A DNA stretch of 64,000 bases from Blastocatellia bacterium (GCA_046565505.1 JBKHYJ010000061.1:26552-90551), one strand, 5' to 3'. Shown: positions 37,450 to 46,750, counted from the stretch's first letter. Notes: generated by a model from the letters alone, not told the origin. Program-made: numbers and translations.

Positions 37450-37626
37450 ACAGTTTAATGCGTCGGGCGGTGGTTAACAACCGGAGACAAAAAGGCGTCT
37501 CGATATTCAATATTTTGGGGTCACCCGCGCCGTGACGCGGCCCCGCCCGCCCCGATTTAAGCCCCGGACTTACAATCAAGATTCACTCCTCGCTCCCCCG
37601 CCTTAAACCCGCTACGGCATGTGAGT

Positions 37627-37729
37627 AGCAGCTACACACCTGTGAAGCAGCTACACATAATTAATAAGCCGTTGATTCAACTATCGTTATGGGGTGGCGC
37701 AGGTGAAGTGTGAATCTGCTACACACAGG
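37627..37729 (+). promoter_or_regulatory. Three direct repeats of GCTACACA (two as AGCAGCTACACA) with embedded inverted half-sites ACCTGTG/CACAGGT
   Basis: Copies at 37631, 37650 and 37718 lie in the AT-rich region between kgd (minus strand) and the micro-ORFs. Layout suggests a transcription-factor binding array. Confidence 0.35.
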
Positions 37730-37914
37730 TAATCCCGCGCGGCCTCGGAGGCTATTTGTTAAATCGTTGAATTCGCGCCGGGCGGCGGCGGCGGCCGTGT
37801 CAACCGATCGCGGCACGGCCGTTGCTCAGTAGATAGGCGTAACAAGAATCGCTGGGGCCCTTCAGTAACGCCGCAGCAAAAGACGAAAGATTAAAATAAA
37901 AAGAGGAGATTGCC

Positions 37915-38031
37915 ATGACTAACAAGAATTTGACAGACGGAATGTTGATCAGCAGCGTGAGCCTTCTTAGCGAAGGAATGTTGATCAGTAGCATGAGCCT
38001 TCTTAGCGAAGGAATGTTGATCAGCAGCTAG
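37915..38031 (+). CDS. Micro-ORF of 38 codons (MTNKNLTDGMLISSVSLLSEGMLISSMSLLSEGMLISS). Putative small peptide (precursor, membrane-active or leader peptide).
   Basis: Strong SD AAGAGGAG 6 nt upstream of the ATG, preceded by an A-rich enhancer-like tract. The body is built from a 36-bp tandem repeat. The N-terminus is paralogous to the next micro-ORF. Confidence 0.45.
   Translation: MTNKNLTDGMLISSVSLLSEGMLISSMSLLSEGMLISS
37939..38028 (+). repeat. 36-bp tandem repeat, 2.5 copies (GGAATGTTGATCAGCAGCGTGAGCCTTCTTAGCGAA)
   Basis: Copy 1 is 37939-37974, copy 2 is 37975-38010 with two substitutions, and the half copy is 38011-38028. It is in frame with the micro-ORF and encodes GMLISS[V/M]SLLSE units. 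Confidence 0.85.
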
Positions 38032-38109
38032 CAAGCGACCGCGTACTACCAGAAGCCATGCGCGCTTGATGGCTCGGACCTTCAATCAGAACCTCTAAAG
38101 GAGATGGCC

Positions 38110-38196
38110 ATGAATAACAAACAAAAAAACGACGGCGTGATCCTGGAAGGGATAGAGGCAGCCAGAGTTGAAGAAACGATCGCTCCTAGCAAATGA
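38110..38196 (+). CDS. Micro-ORF of 28 codons (MNNKQKNDGVILEGIEAARVEETIAPSK), paralogous at the N-terminus to the upstream micro-ORF
   Basis: SD AAAGGAG 6 nt upstream of the ATG at 38110 (an alternative ATG is at 38104). The motif N-K-x-x-x-D-G-[MV]-[IL]-[IL] is shared with peptide 1. Confidence 0.4.
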   Translation: MNNKQKNDGVILEGIEAARVEETIAPSK

Positions 38197-38364
38197 CGCT
38201 TTTAGCAGCGAACCGCTGAGTATCAACCCAGAGCCGCGTCAGTCCGGCAGCGAGTTACCTGGAAGTCGAGTTGAAGAGATTGGACCCAAGAGCCGGTATC
38301 ATTATAGCGAAAACTTGAGCATCTACTAAACAAGTAATAAACCCAAAAGTGCTACCTCAAAAGT

Positions 38365-38437
38365 GCGGCGTCGATGAATTTAGGCCTGTCGGGCTGGTTT
38401 TGACAACTTGCCTTAATTCATCGGCGCCGCGTTTTTT
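38365..38437 (+). terminator. Long stem-loop plus T-tract terminator downstream of the micro-ORFs
   Basis: 15/16-bp arms GCGGCGTCGATGAATT / AATTCATCGGCGCCGC with a 34-nt loop, immediately followed by GTTTTTTGTT. Confidence 0.45.
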
Positions 38438-38748
38438 GTTCGCTCAAGAGCATTTGCTAAAACACGCTTGCAGTGCTCCCGCATTCGTCACTTGGCCCGC
38501 GTCCGCCCCGCAGGGGGAAGCAATCAGGAGTCTCGAAAACGGCGACTTCCGCCATCGGCTTGACCTACTGAGTCTGTAACGAATATTCTTTACAAACTTC
38601 CTGGGAAGGCCGATAGTTATGTCTCTAGACGATAAATTCCTCGTCGGCGGGTCACTCGTAAGCAGCCTAGCTTTGCGCCTAATCTTATGACAGAATAATG
38701 GTGCGGCTTTTCACTTGTAGCTTTGTGTTAAGTCATCTCTAAGCCAAG

Positions 38749-40047
38749 ATGCAGCAGACAGAGCGAAGCTTGAAATTTTCCCTAACTCAGCGCGTACGAC
38801 AGTTCCCGCTTTTAAAACCATTCGCCGCAAGTGACTTTCGGTTACTCTGGATCGGCCAGGGCATGTCATTGTTCGGCGATCAGTTTTACCTCGTGGCCTT
38901 GCCATGGCTCGCGCTAAATTTGACGGGCTCAAGCCTCGCGCTCAGCTCGATCCTGATAGTAACAGCAACCACCCGCGCCCTGTTTCAGCTTTTCGGGGGG
39001 GCGCTCAGCGACCGCGTTTCGCCCCCCATGCTAATGCTCATCTCGAATGTGGTCCGCGCGCTGGTGAGCGGCACGCTGACGATGCTCGTGCTGTTTTCCG
39101 TCGCGAGGCTTTGGCACCTTTACATTCTCGCGGCCATCTTCGGACTGGTCGACGCCCTGTTTTTCCCTGCTTACATGGCCATCATTCCTATGGTGGTCGT
39201 GAACGCAGACCTACAGGCCGGCAACGCCGTGCTGCGCGGGATGAACCGTTTCATGGGGCTGATAGGCCCGGCGCTGGCCGGCGCGGTCATATCGAAGATA
39301 AGCCTAGGGGCGGCCTTCGCCATAGACGCGTCCACGTTCGTTTTCGCGGCGCTGATGCTCTGGCCGATAATACAAGGCGGGCGCGTCGGCGCGGACCCGA
39401 ATAGCAAGAAGGACGAGGAGAAAGAGGCGGGCAAAAAAGAAGGGCTGCTTAAGAGCATAGTCGAAGGGCTGCGCTACGCCTGGGAGCACCGGCTTATACG
39501 GTCGCTGCTGCTTTTCATCTCGGCCTTCGAGTTCTCGTACGCGGGCATAGGCGGCGTCGGGCTCCCGGCCCTGGCCAAGACCCGCTTCAGCGAGGAGGGC
39601 GGGGCGAGCGCCTTAGGGTGGATGATGTCGTCGTTCGGCGCGGGCATGATGATAGGGATGCTTCTGGCCGGCTCAATCAAGGTGACGAGGCGGCGCGGGA
39701 AGGTGCTCATCGCACTGATCTTCATGATCGGGACTGGCTTCATAATGCTCGGCTTCGTCTCCCACGTGGCGACGGCCGGGCTCGTGCTAGCGTTCGTGGG
39801 GATAGGCGGCGGGCTGTCAAGCATAATACTGATGGCATGGATACAGGAGTGCACTGAGCCGCGAATGATCGGCCGAGTCATGGGCCTGTTTATGCTCGGG
39901 ATATCGGTGCTCGAGCCGCTCTCGTTTGTGATCGCCGGGTTGATGGCCGACCGCAACCTCGAACTCTTATTCATCGGCGGGGGCATAATCAGCCTGATAA
40001 CCGCCATCACCTCTCTATCAAGCCGCACCTTGCGCAACAGCAATTAA
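38749..40047 (+). CDS. MFS transporter
   Basis: 12-TM MFS architecture with the DUF/MFS_3-like N-terminus FRLLWIGQGMSLFGDQFYLVALPWL. Confidence 0.8.
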   Translation: MQQTERSLKFSLTQRVRQFPLLKPFAASDFRLLWIGQGMSLFGDQFYLVALPWLALNLTGSSLALSSILIVTATTRALFQLFGGALSDRVSPPMLMLISNVVRALVSGTLTMLVLFSVARLWHLYILAAIFGLVDALFFPAYMAIIPMVVVNADLQAGNAVLRGMNRFMGLIGPALAGAVISKISLGAAFAIDASTFVFAALMLWPIIQGGRVGADPNSKKDEEKEAGKKEGLLKSIVEGLRYAWEHRLIRSLLLFISAFEFSYAGIGGVGLPALAKTRFSEEGGASALGWMMSSFGAGMMIGMLLAGSIKVTRRRGKVLIALIFMIGTGFIMLGFVSHVATAGLVLAFVGIGGGLSSIILMAWIQECTEPRMIGRVMGLFMLGISVLEPLSFVIAGLMADRNLELLFIGGGIISLITAITSLSSRTLRNSN

Positions 40048-40302
40048 TCTTCGTAAGACATGCGCACGCCCGCCGGATGCGGGGGCAGGGATTGTTGTGT
40101 AGTGTTAAGCACCACGCATGAATGGATTTAAGGTTGACAAAATCCCGCCTGTTGAGAGATAAACTGCGCTGGTTGGTTTCCCTGTACAAATTGAGCAATT
40201 GTAAGCGACTATCGTGCTTTCTATTCATCCCGGGACGGGTATAGGTTTGTTGGGGTCTGCTCACCAGGTCGTCGAAATCCCGGTTATTTTAAGGAAGTTA
40301 TT

Positions 40303-42768
40303 ATGGAGAATCTTTTTCAGGACCTGCGCTATGGCTTCCGAACACTAATTAAAAACCTCGGGTTCACGATTATAGCCGTGATCGCGCTGGGGCTCGGGAC
40401 CGGGGCCAACAGCGCCATCTTCAGCGTCGTTAACGCCGTGCTGCTCCGGCCGCTGCCTTACAGCAGGCCCGATGAGTTAATGATGGTCTGGGGTAATAAT
40501 CTCAAGAGCGGCAACCCGAAGCTAGGGATATCCGCCCTCGACTTCATCGACTACCAGAACCAGAATAATGTCTTCGAGGGGTTGGCGAGCTTCACCTACG
40601 ACGACTTCAACCTCAGCGGGGGCGACACGCCGGAGCACGTCCAGGGCACGATGGTCTCGTCAAATTTTTTTGAAGTCTTGGGCGTAAACGCCGCGGTCGG
40701 CCGCGCGCTCATGGCAGAGGATGGGCGGCCCGGCGCCGAGCGCGTCGTCGTAATCAGCAATGGGTTGTGGAAGCGGCGCTTCGGGTCTGACCGGGGGCTG
40801 ATAGGCCAGACCATCATGCTCAATGGGGCCAGCTTCACGGTCATCGGCGTCACCCCGCCGAACTTTCAATCCCCCGAAAAGGGCGACGAGCTGTGGGTGC
40901 CTATGTCGTTCGATGGCGGCGATAGGATACGGATCCCATCGAGCGCGTCTTTCGCCGCCCTGACGAACCGCATGGCTACGTTCTTGAAAGGCGTCGCGAG
41001 GCTCAAACCCGGCGTCACCCGCGAGCAGGCCCATGAGGACATGAATGCCATCGCCAAACGCCTCGAACAGGAGTACCCGAACACGAACACGAATATAGGC
41101 ATAACGGTCCTCCCGATGAAAGAGGAAGTCGTGGGCGACATGAGGGCGGCCCTACAGTTTTTATTTATCGCCGTGGGCTTCGTGCTCTTGATAGCGTGCG
41201 CGAACGTGGCGAACCTACTGCTTTCGCGCGCGGCCGCGCGCCAAAAAGAGATCGCCATCCGCGTGGCTTTAGGGGCGGGCCGCCGGCGCGTCATAAGACA
41301 ACTGCTTACAGAAAGCCTGCTGCTGTCTGTGATCGGGGGGGCGCTCGGGCTCGTGCTCGCCTTCGGCGCGATCAAGCTTCTGGTCGCGATAAACCCGGCC
41401 AACATCCCTCGCCTGTCGGAGATCGACATTGATGGACGCGTGCTCGCCTTCACGCTTTTAATCTCGCTGCTGACGGGCGTAATCTTCGGCCTCGTGCCCG
41501 CGCTGCAGGCGACGAAGCCCGACCTCAACGAAACGCTCAAGGCCGAAGGCGCGCGGGGCTCGACAGGCGGCATTCGCAAGCAGCGCGTCCGCAGCCTGCT
41601 GGTGATCTCCGAAGTGGCGCTGACGGTGCTGCTGCTCATCGGCGCGGGGCTGATGATAAAGAGTTTTTACTCGCTACAGAAGGTGAAGCTCGGGTTCAAC
41701 CCGGAAAACGTCCTGACCATGCAGGTGAACCTGCCCGCCGTCAAGTACGCCGAAGACACTCAAATCACTTCTTTCTACGATCAGGTCCTCCAACGCGTGC
41801 AGGCGCTCCCGGGCGTGCAGGCCGCCGGCGCGGCGACGAGCATACCGCTGATGGACAGGATATTCATGCGCCGGTTCACCGTGGACGGCCGCCCGCCCGC
41901 CACGCCCAACGAGCGGCTCATGGCCCACTTCAGGTCCGTCAGCTACGACTATCACAGGGCGATGGGCATCCCGCTGCTGAAGGGCAGATACTTCAGCGAG
42001 CAGGACCGCGACAACTCCGCCCCCGTAATCATAATTAACGAGTCTATGGCGCGCCGCTACTGGCCCGACGAGGACCCGATCGGCAAGCACATGACGATCC
42101 CGGGCGACGGCCCGATTTCGCGCGAGATAGTGGGCGTGGTCGCCGACGTTAAGCACACGAAGCTCGACGCCGAGTCCGGGTCAGAGATGTACGTGCCCTA
42201 CCTCCAGAAGCCTTACACTTTCATGGGCCTCGTCGTGCGCACGGGGACGGACCCCGTGCAGATGACCAACGCCGTCCGCACCCAGGTCCTCGCCGTCGAC
42301 GACACCCAGGCGGTTTACGACATCAAGACCATGCAGCAGATGGTCGGCGAATCCGTCTCGCAGCCGCGGCTGAATATGCTGCTGCTCACGATTTTCGCGG
42401 GCATCGCGCTCGTGCTCGCGGCGGTAGGGATTTATGGCGTGATGAGCACCACCGTCAGCCAGCGGAAGCAGGAGATAGGGATTCGCCTGGCGCTCGGCGC
42501 GCAGGCTTCGGACATACTCAAGATGATTGTCGGGCAGGGGATGATTCTCGCACTGGCGGGGCTGGCGATTGGCGTGGTGACGGCGCTCTTGCTGGCGCTC
42601 GCGTTGACGCGATTCATAGAGGGTTTCCTCTTCGGAGTGAGCTCGACCGACCTGACGATCTTTATCGGCATCCCTATGCTGCTCTTCCTCGTGGCGCTTT
42701 TATCCTGCTACATCCCCGCGCGCAGGGCGACGAGGGTTGACCCGATGATGGCCTTGCGCGCCGAGTGA
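40303..42768 (+). CDS. Duplicated FtsX/MacB-type ABC permease (ADOP family) without an adjacent ATPase
   Basis: Signature N-terminus MENLFQDLRYGFRTLIKNLGFTIIAVIALGLGTGANSAIFSVVNAVLLRPLPY. Two MacB-like periplasmic domains plus two FtsX 4-TM modules. AAGGAAG lies upstream of the ATG. Confidence 0.85.
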   Translation: MENLFQDLRYGFRTLIKNLGFTIIAVIALGLGTGANSAIFSVVNAVLLRPLPYSRPDELMMVWGNNLKSGNPKLGISALDFIDYQNQNNVFEGLASFTYDDFNLSGGDTPEHVQGTMVSSNFFEVLGVNAAVGRALMAEDGRPGAERVVVISNGLWKRRFGSDRGLIGQTIMLNGASFTVIGVTPPNFQSPEKGDELWVPMSFDGGDRIRIPSSASFAALTNRMATFLKGVARLKPGVTREQAHEDMNAIAKRLEQEYPNTNTNIGITVLPMKEEVVGDMRAALQFLFIAVGFVLLIACANVANLLLSRAAARQKEIAIRVALGAGRRRVIRQLLTESLLLSVIGGALGLVLAFGAIKLLVAINPANIPRLSEIDIDGRVLAFTLLISLLTGVIFGLVPALQATKPDLNETLKAEGARGSTGGIRKQRVRSLLVISEVALTVLLLIGAGLMIKSFYSLQKVKLGFNPENVLTMQVNLPAVKYAEDTQITSFYDQVLQRVQALPGVQAAGAATSIPLMDRIFMRRFTVDGRPPATPNERLMAHFRSVSYDYHRAMGIPLLKGRYFSEQDRDNSAPVIIINESMARRYWPDEDPIGKHMTIPGDGPISREIVGVVADVKHTKLDAESGSEMYVPYLQKPYTFMGLVVRTGTDPVQMTNAVRTQVLAVDDTQAVYDIKTMQQMVGESVSQPRLNMLLLTIFAGIALVLAAVGIYGVMSTTVSQRKQEIGIRLALGAQASDILKMIVGQGMILALAGLAIGVVTALLLALALTRFIEGFLFGVSSTDLTIFIGIPMLLFLVALLSCYIPARRATRVDPMMALRAE

Positions 42769-42907
42769 CGGGGAATGGTTTGAATTCGGGAGAAGCCTCG
42801 CCCGCGGCCTACGAGGTCTTTTACCACGGTAGTGAAACCGGGACTGACGTGGCGCGTGAATTTAGAGTTTGAACCCTTACCCCTTCACGTTCTATCCTGA
42901 TTTAGTT

Positions 42908-43477
42908 ATGCCTACACGAGATGACGCCTGGAACCTGCTTTGTGAGTTCACCAAAGGCGAGCCGCTGAGGAAGCATGCGCTGGCGGTGGAAGCCGTGATG
43001 AGGGCTTACGCCCGCCGCCTCGGCGAAGACGAAGAGAACTGGGGCATCACCGGGATGCTGCACGATTTCGACTACGAGATGTATCCAGACCCGCCCGACC
43101 ATCCCGTGAAGGGGTCAGAGATACTGGCCGCGCGCGGCTATGGCGAAGATATCCGCCGGGCGATACTCGGGCACGCGAACTATACGGGCGTGGCGCGCGA
43201 CACGCTGCTTGCCAGGGGGCTTTACGCCTGCGACGAGCTGACGGGGTTCGTCGTCGCCTGCGCGCTCGTCCGCCCGAACGGCATCTGGGACCTCGAATCG
43301 AAGTCCGTGAAGAAGAAGCTTAAGGATAAAGCGTTCGCCCGCACGGTAAATCGTGACGAGGTGTACGAGGGCGCGCAAGAACTGGGGGTGGACCTCGGCG
43401 AGCACATCGACTTCATCATCGCCGCGCTGCGAGGCGTCGCGGGCGAAGTCGGGCTCAAGCCGCGCGGCGGGCAATGA
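42908..43477 (+). CDS. HD/HDIG-domain phosphohydrolase
   Basis: HALAVEAVMRAYA...GMLHDFDY...GHANYTG motifs. The ORF-track frame opens at a TTG at 42869. ATG at 42908 preferred. Confidence 0.7.
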   Translation: MPTRDDAWNLLCEFTKGEPLRKHALAVEAVMRAYARRLGEDEENWGITGMLHDFDYEMYPDPPDHPVKGSEILAARGYGEDIRRAILGHANYTGVARDTLLARGLYACDELTGFVVACALVRPNGIWDLESKSVKKKLKDKAFARTVNRDEVYEGAQELGVDLGEHIDFIIAALRGVAGEVGLKPRGGQ

Positions 43478-43498
43478 GAGACAAAACACAATAAATAG

Positions 43499-45247
43499 AT
43501 GAAAGGCAACAGGCACATCCATCCGGCCGCGGCGCGGGCCGCATTACTCTACCTTCAGCTTTGCCTTTTCGTATTTGCATCCCCCGTTTCGGTTTCGGGC
43601 GCACAAAGCTTGGCGCCGCGGCGCGCGGCGCCGGCCGGGACTGCCGCGGAGGCGGCGACCGACGCTGTAAAACGCGGCGAAGGACTCAGACGCAAGTGGG
43701 ACCTGGCCGCGGCGGAGGCGGCATTCCGCCAGGCCCTCGCTATAGACCCGACGAGCCTCGGCGCGGAACTCGGCCTTGCCCGCGTCGCCAGGGCGAGGTT
43801 TGATTACGCGGGGGCGATACGCTCGATTGACAGGGCCATCGCCCTACACCCTTATTCGGCCGACGCGCTCGCGGAGTACGGCTCGACTTATGTCGCGGCT
43901 GAAGAGCCTTCACGCGCCGGCGCATACTTCGAGAGGGCGTTGCGGCTTGAGCCATCGAACGCGGCGGCGATCATCGGGCAGGCGACCGTCGACCTGCTGG
44001 TACGAAATTACGGGGGCGCGATCTCCAGGCTGCGCGACTTTCTCACCCGCGACCCGCAAAACAGCCGCGCGCACGTGGCCCTGGCGCGGGCGCTCGTCGA
44101 GAGCAACAAAAACAGCGAGGCCGCCGCAGAGGCGCAGCGGGCGCTCGCGCTCGACCCATTCGACGTGGAGGCCCTGAACACGCTCGCGTTCGTCAGGGCC
44201 TCCGAGCGCAAGCCGGGCGAGGTCCGCGCGCTGGCGCGGCGCGCGGTCTCGCTCGACCCGCTTAACGTCGCGGCGCGGCGGCTGCTGTCCCAATACGTGG
44301 ATGGCCGAATCGGTTACGATCAAAAAGTCGGCCCGGCGGCGCGGGCGCATTACGACAGGGGCCGCGCGCTCAAGCAGGGTGGCAAGCTGCGCGAGGCGGT
44401 AGCAGAATTTGAAGCCGCCCTCGGGATAGAGCCGCGTTATTACAGGGCGCTCGTGGCGCTCGGCGACGTGTGGCTTAGGGAAGGCGACTACGAGCGGGCG
44501 GCGACGGCCGCGCGGCTGGCTAGCGAGGTCGACGCGGACGGCGCGGTCGCGCACATGGAGTTGAGCTACGCCAACCGCGGCCTACAGGAGCGTGCGAGGA
44601 TAGAGGCAGGCGGGACGGATTTCGCGGCCTCATATTACGCGGGGCCGGCGGCGCCGAGCTACGGGCTTACGCGCGAAATTTTCCCGAACTATGAATCTCT
44701 CACGCGCCGCCAGCAGGTGGTCATTGATCGGGCGGTCGCGCCGCTGGCGCGGTTTCTGCCGGCCCTCGCCAGAAGCAAAGCGCGTCACTACCTGCTCGCT
44801 TTCGACGAGCGCGTAAGCGACCTGGGCGATTTCGATGACCTCAACGAGGAGAAGACGTTTGACGGGCGCTACTATGCGAGCATCCGCGGCGTGGGCGGGC
44901 GCGTCACCGTTTCGGGCGTCGAGTACTTGGAGCTGGCGGCGCAGGGAGGCTTCAATACCGTCGCGCATGAGTTCGCGCACCAGGTGCACATAACCGCGCT
45001 GGGGAAACAGGACGTGGCCATTATACGCAACCTATACGAGAGTGCGCGACGCGAAGGGCGGATGCTTGATTATTACGCGGCGGCCAACGAGTACGAGTAC
45101 TTCGCGCAAGGGTATGAGGCATTCATCTCGGACCATAAACGCCCGTCGGCGGGCGTCACCGCGCGGCACACGAGCCAGGAGTTATTAACGCGCGACGGCC
45201 AGCTTTACTCGTTCCTCAAGAACCTGACCGCGGGCAAAAGGTCATAG
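43499..45247 (+). CDS. Secreted TPR-repeat protein with a C-terminal HExxH zincin-like domain
   Basis: Signal peptide LLYLQLCLFVFASPVSVSGAQS. Multiple TPR-like helices. The C-terminal motif is GGFNTVAHEFAHQVH, with downstream Glu-rich NEYEYFAQGYEAF (gluzincin-like). Only 21 bp after the HD gene. Confidence 0.6.
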   Translation: MKGNRHIHPAAARAALLYLQLCLFVFASPVSVSGAQSLAPRRAAPAGTAAEAATDAVKRGEGLRRKWDLAAAEAAFRQALAIDPTSLGAELGLARVARARFDYAGAIRSIDRAIALHPYSADALAEYGSTYVAAEEPSRAGAYFERALRLEPSNAAAIIGQATVDLLVRNYGGAISRLRDFLTRDPQNSRAHVALARALVESNKNSEAAAEAQRALALDPFDVEALNTLAFVRASERKPGEVRALARRAVSLDPLNVAARRLLSQYVDGRIGYDQKVGPAARAHYDRGRALKQGGKLREAVAEFEAALGIEPRYYRALVALGDVWLREGDYERAATAARLASEVDADGAVAHMELSYANRGLQERARIEAGGTDFAASYYAGPAAPSYGLTREIFPNYESLTRRQQVVIDRAVAPLARFLPALARSKARHYLLAFDERVSDLGDFDDLNEEKTFDGRYYASIRGVGGRVTVSGVEYLELAAQGGFNTVAHEFAHQVHITALGKQDVAIIRNLYESARREGRMLDYYAAANEYEYFAQGYEAFISDHKRPSAGVTARHTSQELLTRDGQLYSFLKNLTAGKRS

Positions 45248-45541
45248 CTCCCGGCGAGGGAAACGCGGCCAGACGCGGGCCCTCGTCGCGCGGTGTAACT
45301 TCAGACGTGGGCCATCGAATTGCGAACTGGGCGCTTGCGTTTCAGGGTCTTTGCTTGACAAAAAATATAGCCGCGTGCGACCATAAAATCGGAGCTTTTC
45401 CTGTGAGTGACGACAGCAACTCCGATCTGCTCCGCAAGCATCCTAGAGTTGCATCAATTTCAGTACAATCACTTAAGGTATCGATAGAGAGTCGTTTCGA
45501 GTGCGCTCGGAATAAATCAGTTTATAGAGGAGTATCGTCTG

Positions 45542-46687
45542 ATGAAAAGATCAGTAATGATGATGGCGGCGCTCACCTTCATGCTGGCGCTGTTTGTGCC
45601 CCTAATCTCAGCTCAGACGCAACCGGCAGCCGGGTCTCAACCGGCCGCGGCGCAGGACCCGGCCAAAGAAGAGTACGACGCTTACACGGCCTGGTACACC
45701 GCATACAAGGCTCAGGATAGCGCGAAGGCGCTTGAATTGGGCAAGGCTTTCATAGCCAAGTTCCCCAACAGCAAGTACACAGATTTTATTAAGAAGGATA
45801 ATTTGCGCCAGCGCGGCCTGCTGTACGCCAAGGCGGCAAAGGAAAAGAACACGGCGGAGATGATACGCATCGGCAAGGAGGTGCTCGCCGACGACCCCGA
45901 CAACCTCGATTACCTCAGCGCGATGGCCGTCCAACTGAGCACGGACGAATTATACGCCACGCCGGCTAACTTCACGCACGCGGCGGAGGCGAGCGAATTC
46001 ACCGAGCGCGCCATACGACTCATCGAGGCGGGAAAGACTCCGAGCGGCGACCCATCCAAGTTCGACAAGAACAAAACGCTCGCCTATTTCCACCGGACGC
46101 TGGCAGTAATAGAGGACCACAACAAGAATACCGACAAGGCGCTTGAGCATTACATGGCGGGCGCGAAGCTCGAGCCGATGAACGCGACGAATTACTTTAA
46201 TTGCGGCCGACTGCACCAGATAAAATACCGCGCCGCCGCCGAGAAGTACGGCGCCCTGCCGCAGGCAGATCGCGACGCCGCCCCGGCTGAAATGAAGCCG
46301 GAAGTTAAGGCTACCCTTGATGAGCTGAACAAAGAGGCCGACGCGGTTATTAACTGCTGGGTGCGGTTCCTGGGGCTGACCGCCACCGACATGAAGGGAT
46401 GGGAGAGCAGCCGCCCGCAGGTGGAGACCGCGGTCACTCAGCTATACAAGTACCGCCATAATGATTCGACCGAAGGCTTGCAGAAACTGATAGACCAGAA
46501 TAAAGGCGCGGCCCCTGTCAGCATGCCCACCCCGACCGAGCCGTCCGCGTCCGGCAACGCTTCGTCAGGCTCCGGCACAGCGCCCGCGAAGCCCGTCGCG
46601 GACCAGAGCGCGACTATGAGCAAGCCCGGCGCCGCACCCGCGAAAGCCAACACCGCGCCCGCAAAGCCGAACGGCAAGAAGCCCTGA
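45542..46687 (+). CDS. Hypothetical secreted helical protein with a Pro/Ala/Ser-rich tail
   Basis: Signal peptide MKRSVMMMAALTFMLALFVPLISAQ. GAGGAG lies upstream. No recognisable catalytic motif. Confidence 0.5.
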   Translation: MKRSVMMMAALTFMLALFVPLISAQTQPAAGSQPAAAQDPAKEEYDAYTAWYTAYKAQDSAKALELGKAFIAKFPNSKYTDFIKKDNLRQRGLLYAKAAKEKNTAEMIRIGKEVLADDPDNLDYLSAMAVQLSTDELYATPANFTHAAEASEFTERAIRLIEAGKTPSGDPSKFDKNKTLAYFHRTLAVIEDHNKNTDKALEHYMAGAKLEPMNATNYFNCGRLHQIKYRAAAEKYGALPQADRDAAPAEMKPEVKATLDELNKEADAVINCWVRFLGLTATDMKGWESSRPQVETAVTQLYKYRHNDSTEGLQKLIDQNKGAAPVSMPTPTEPSASGNASSGSGTAPAKPVADQSATMSKPGAAPAKANTAPAKPNGKKP

Positions 46688-46720
46688 AGGTGACCCGCAC
46701 GGCGTGAGGATATATCTGGG

Positions 46721-46750
46721 AGCCAGCCCTCGGCGGAGGGCTGGCTTTTC
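46721..46750 (+). terminator. Intrinsic terminator
   Basis: AGCCAGCCCTC-GGCG-GAGGGCTGGCT followed by TTTT. Confidence 0.65.

Noticed and set aside
37939-38028. Possibility that the 36-bp tandem repeat is a CRISPR array
   Set aside because: Copies are directly adjacent with no spacers, only 2.5 units, and in frame within a short ORF. No cas genes are nearby.
37800-38085. Two 64-codon minus-strand ORFs antisense to the repeat-built micro-ORF
   Set aside because: No Shine-Dalgarno upstream of either. They are generated by the same 36-bp tandem repeat. The plus-strand ORF has a near-perfect SD at ideal spacing and a paralogous neighbour.
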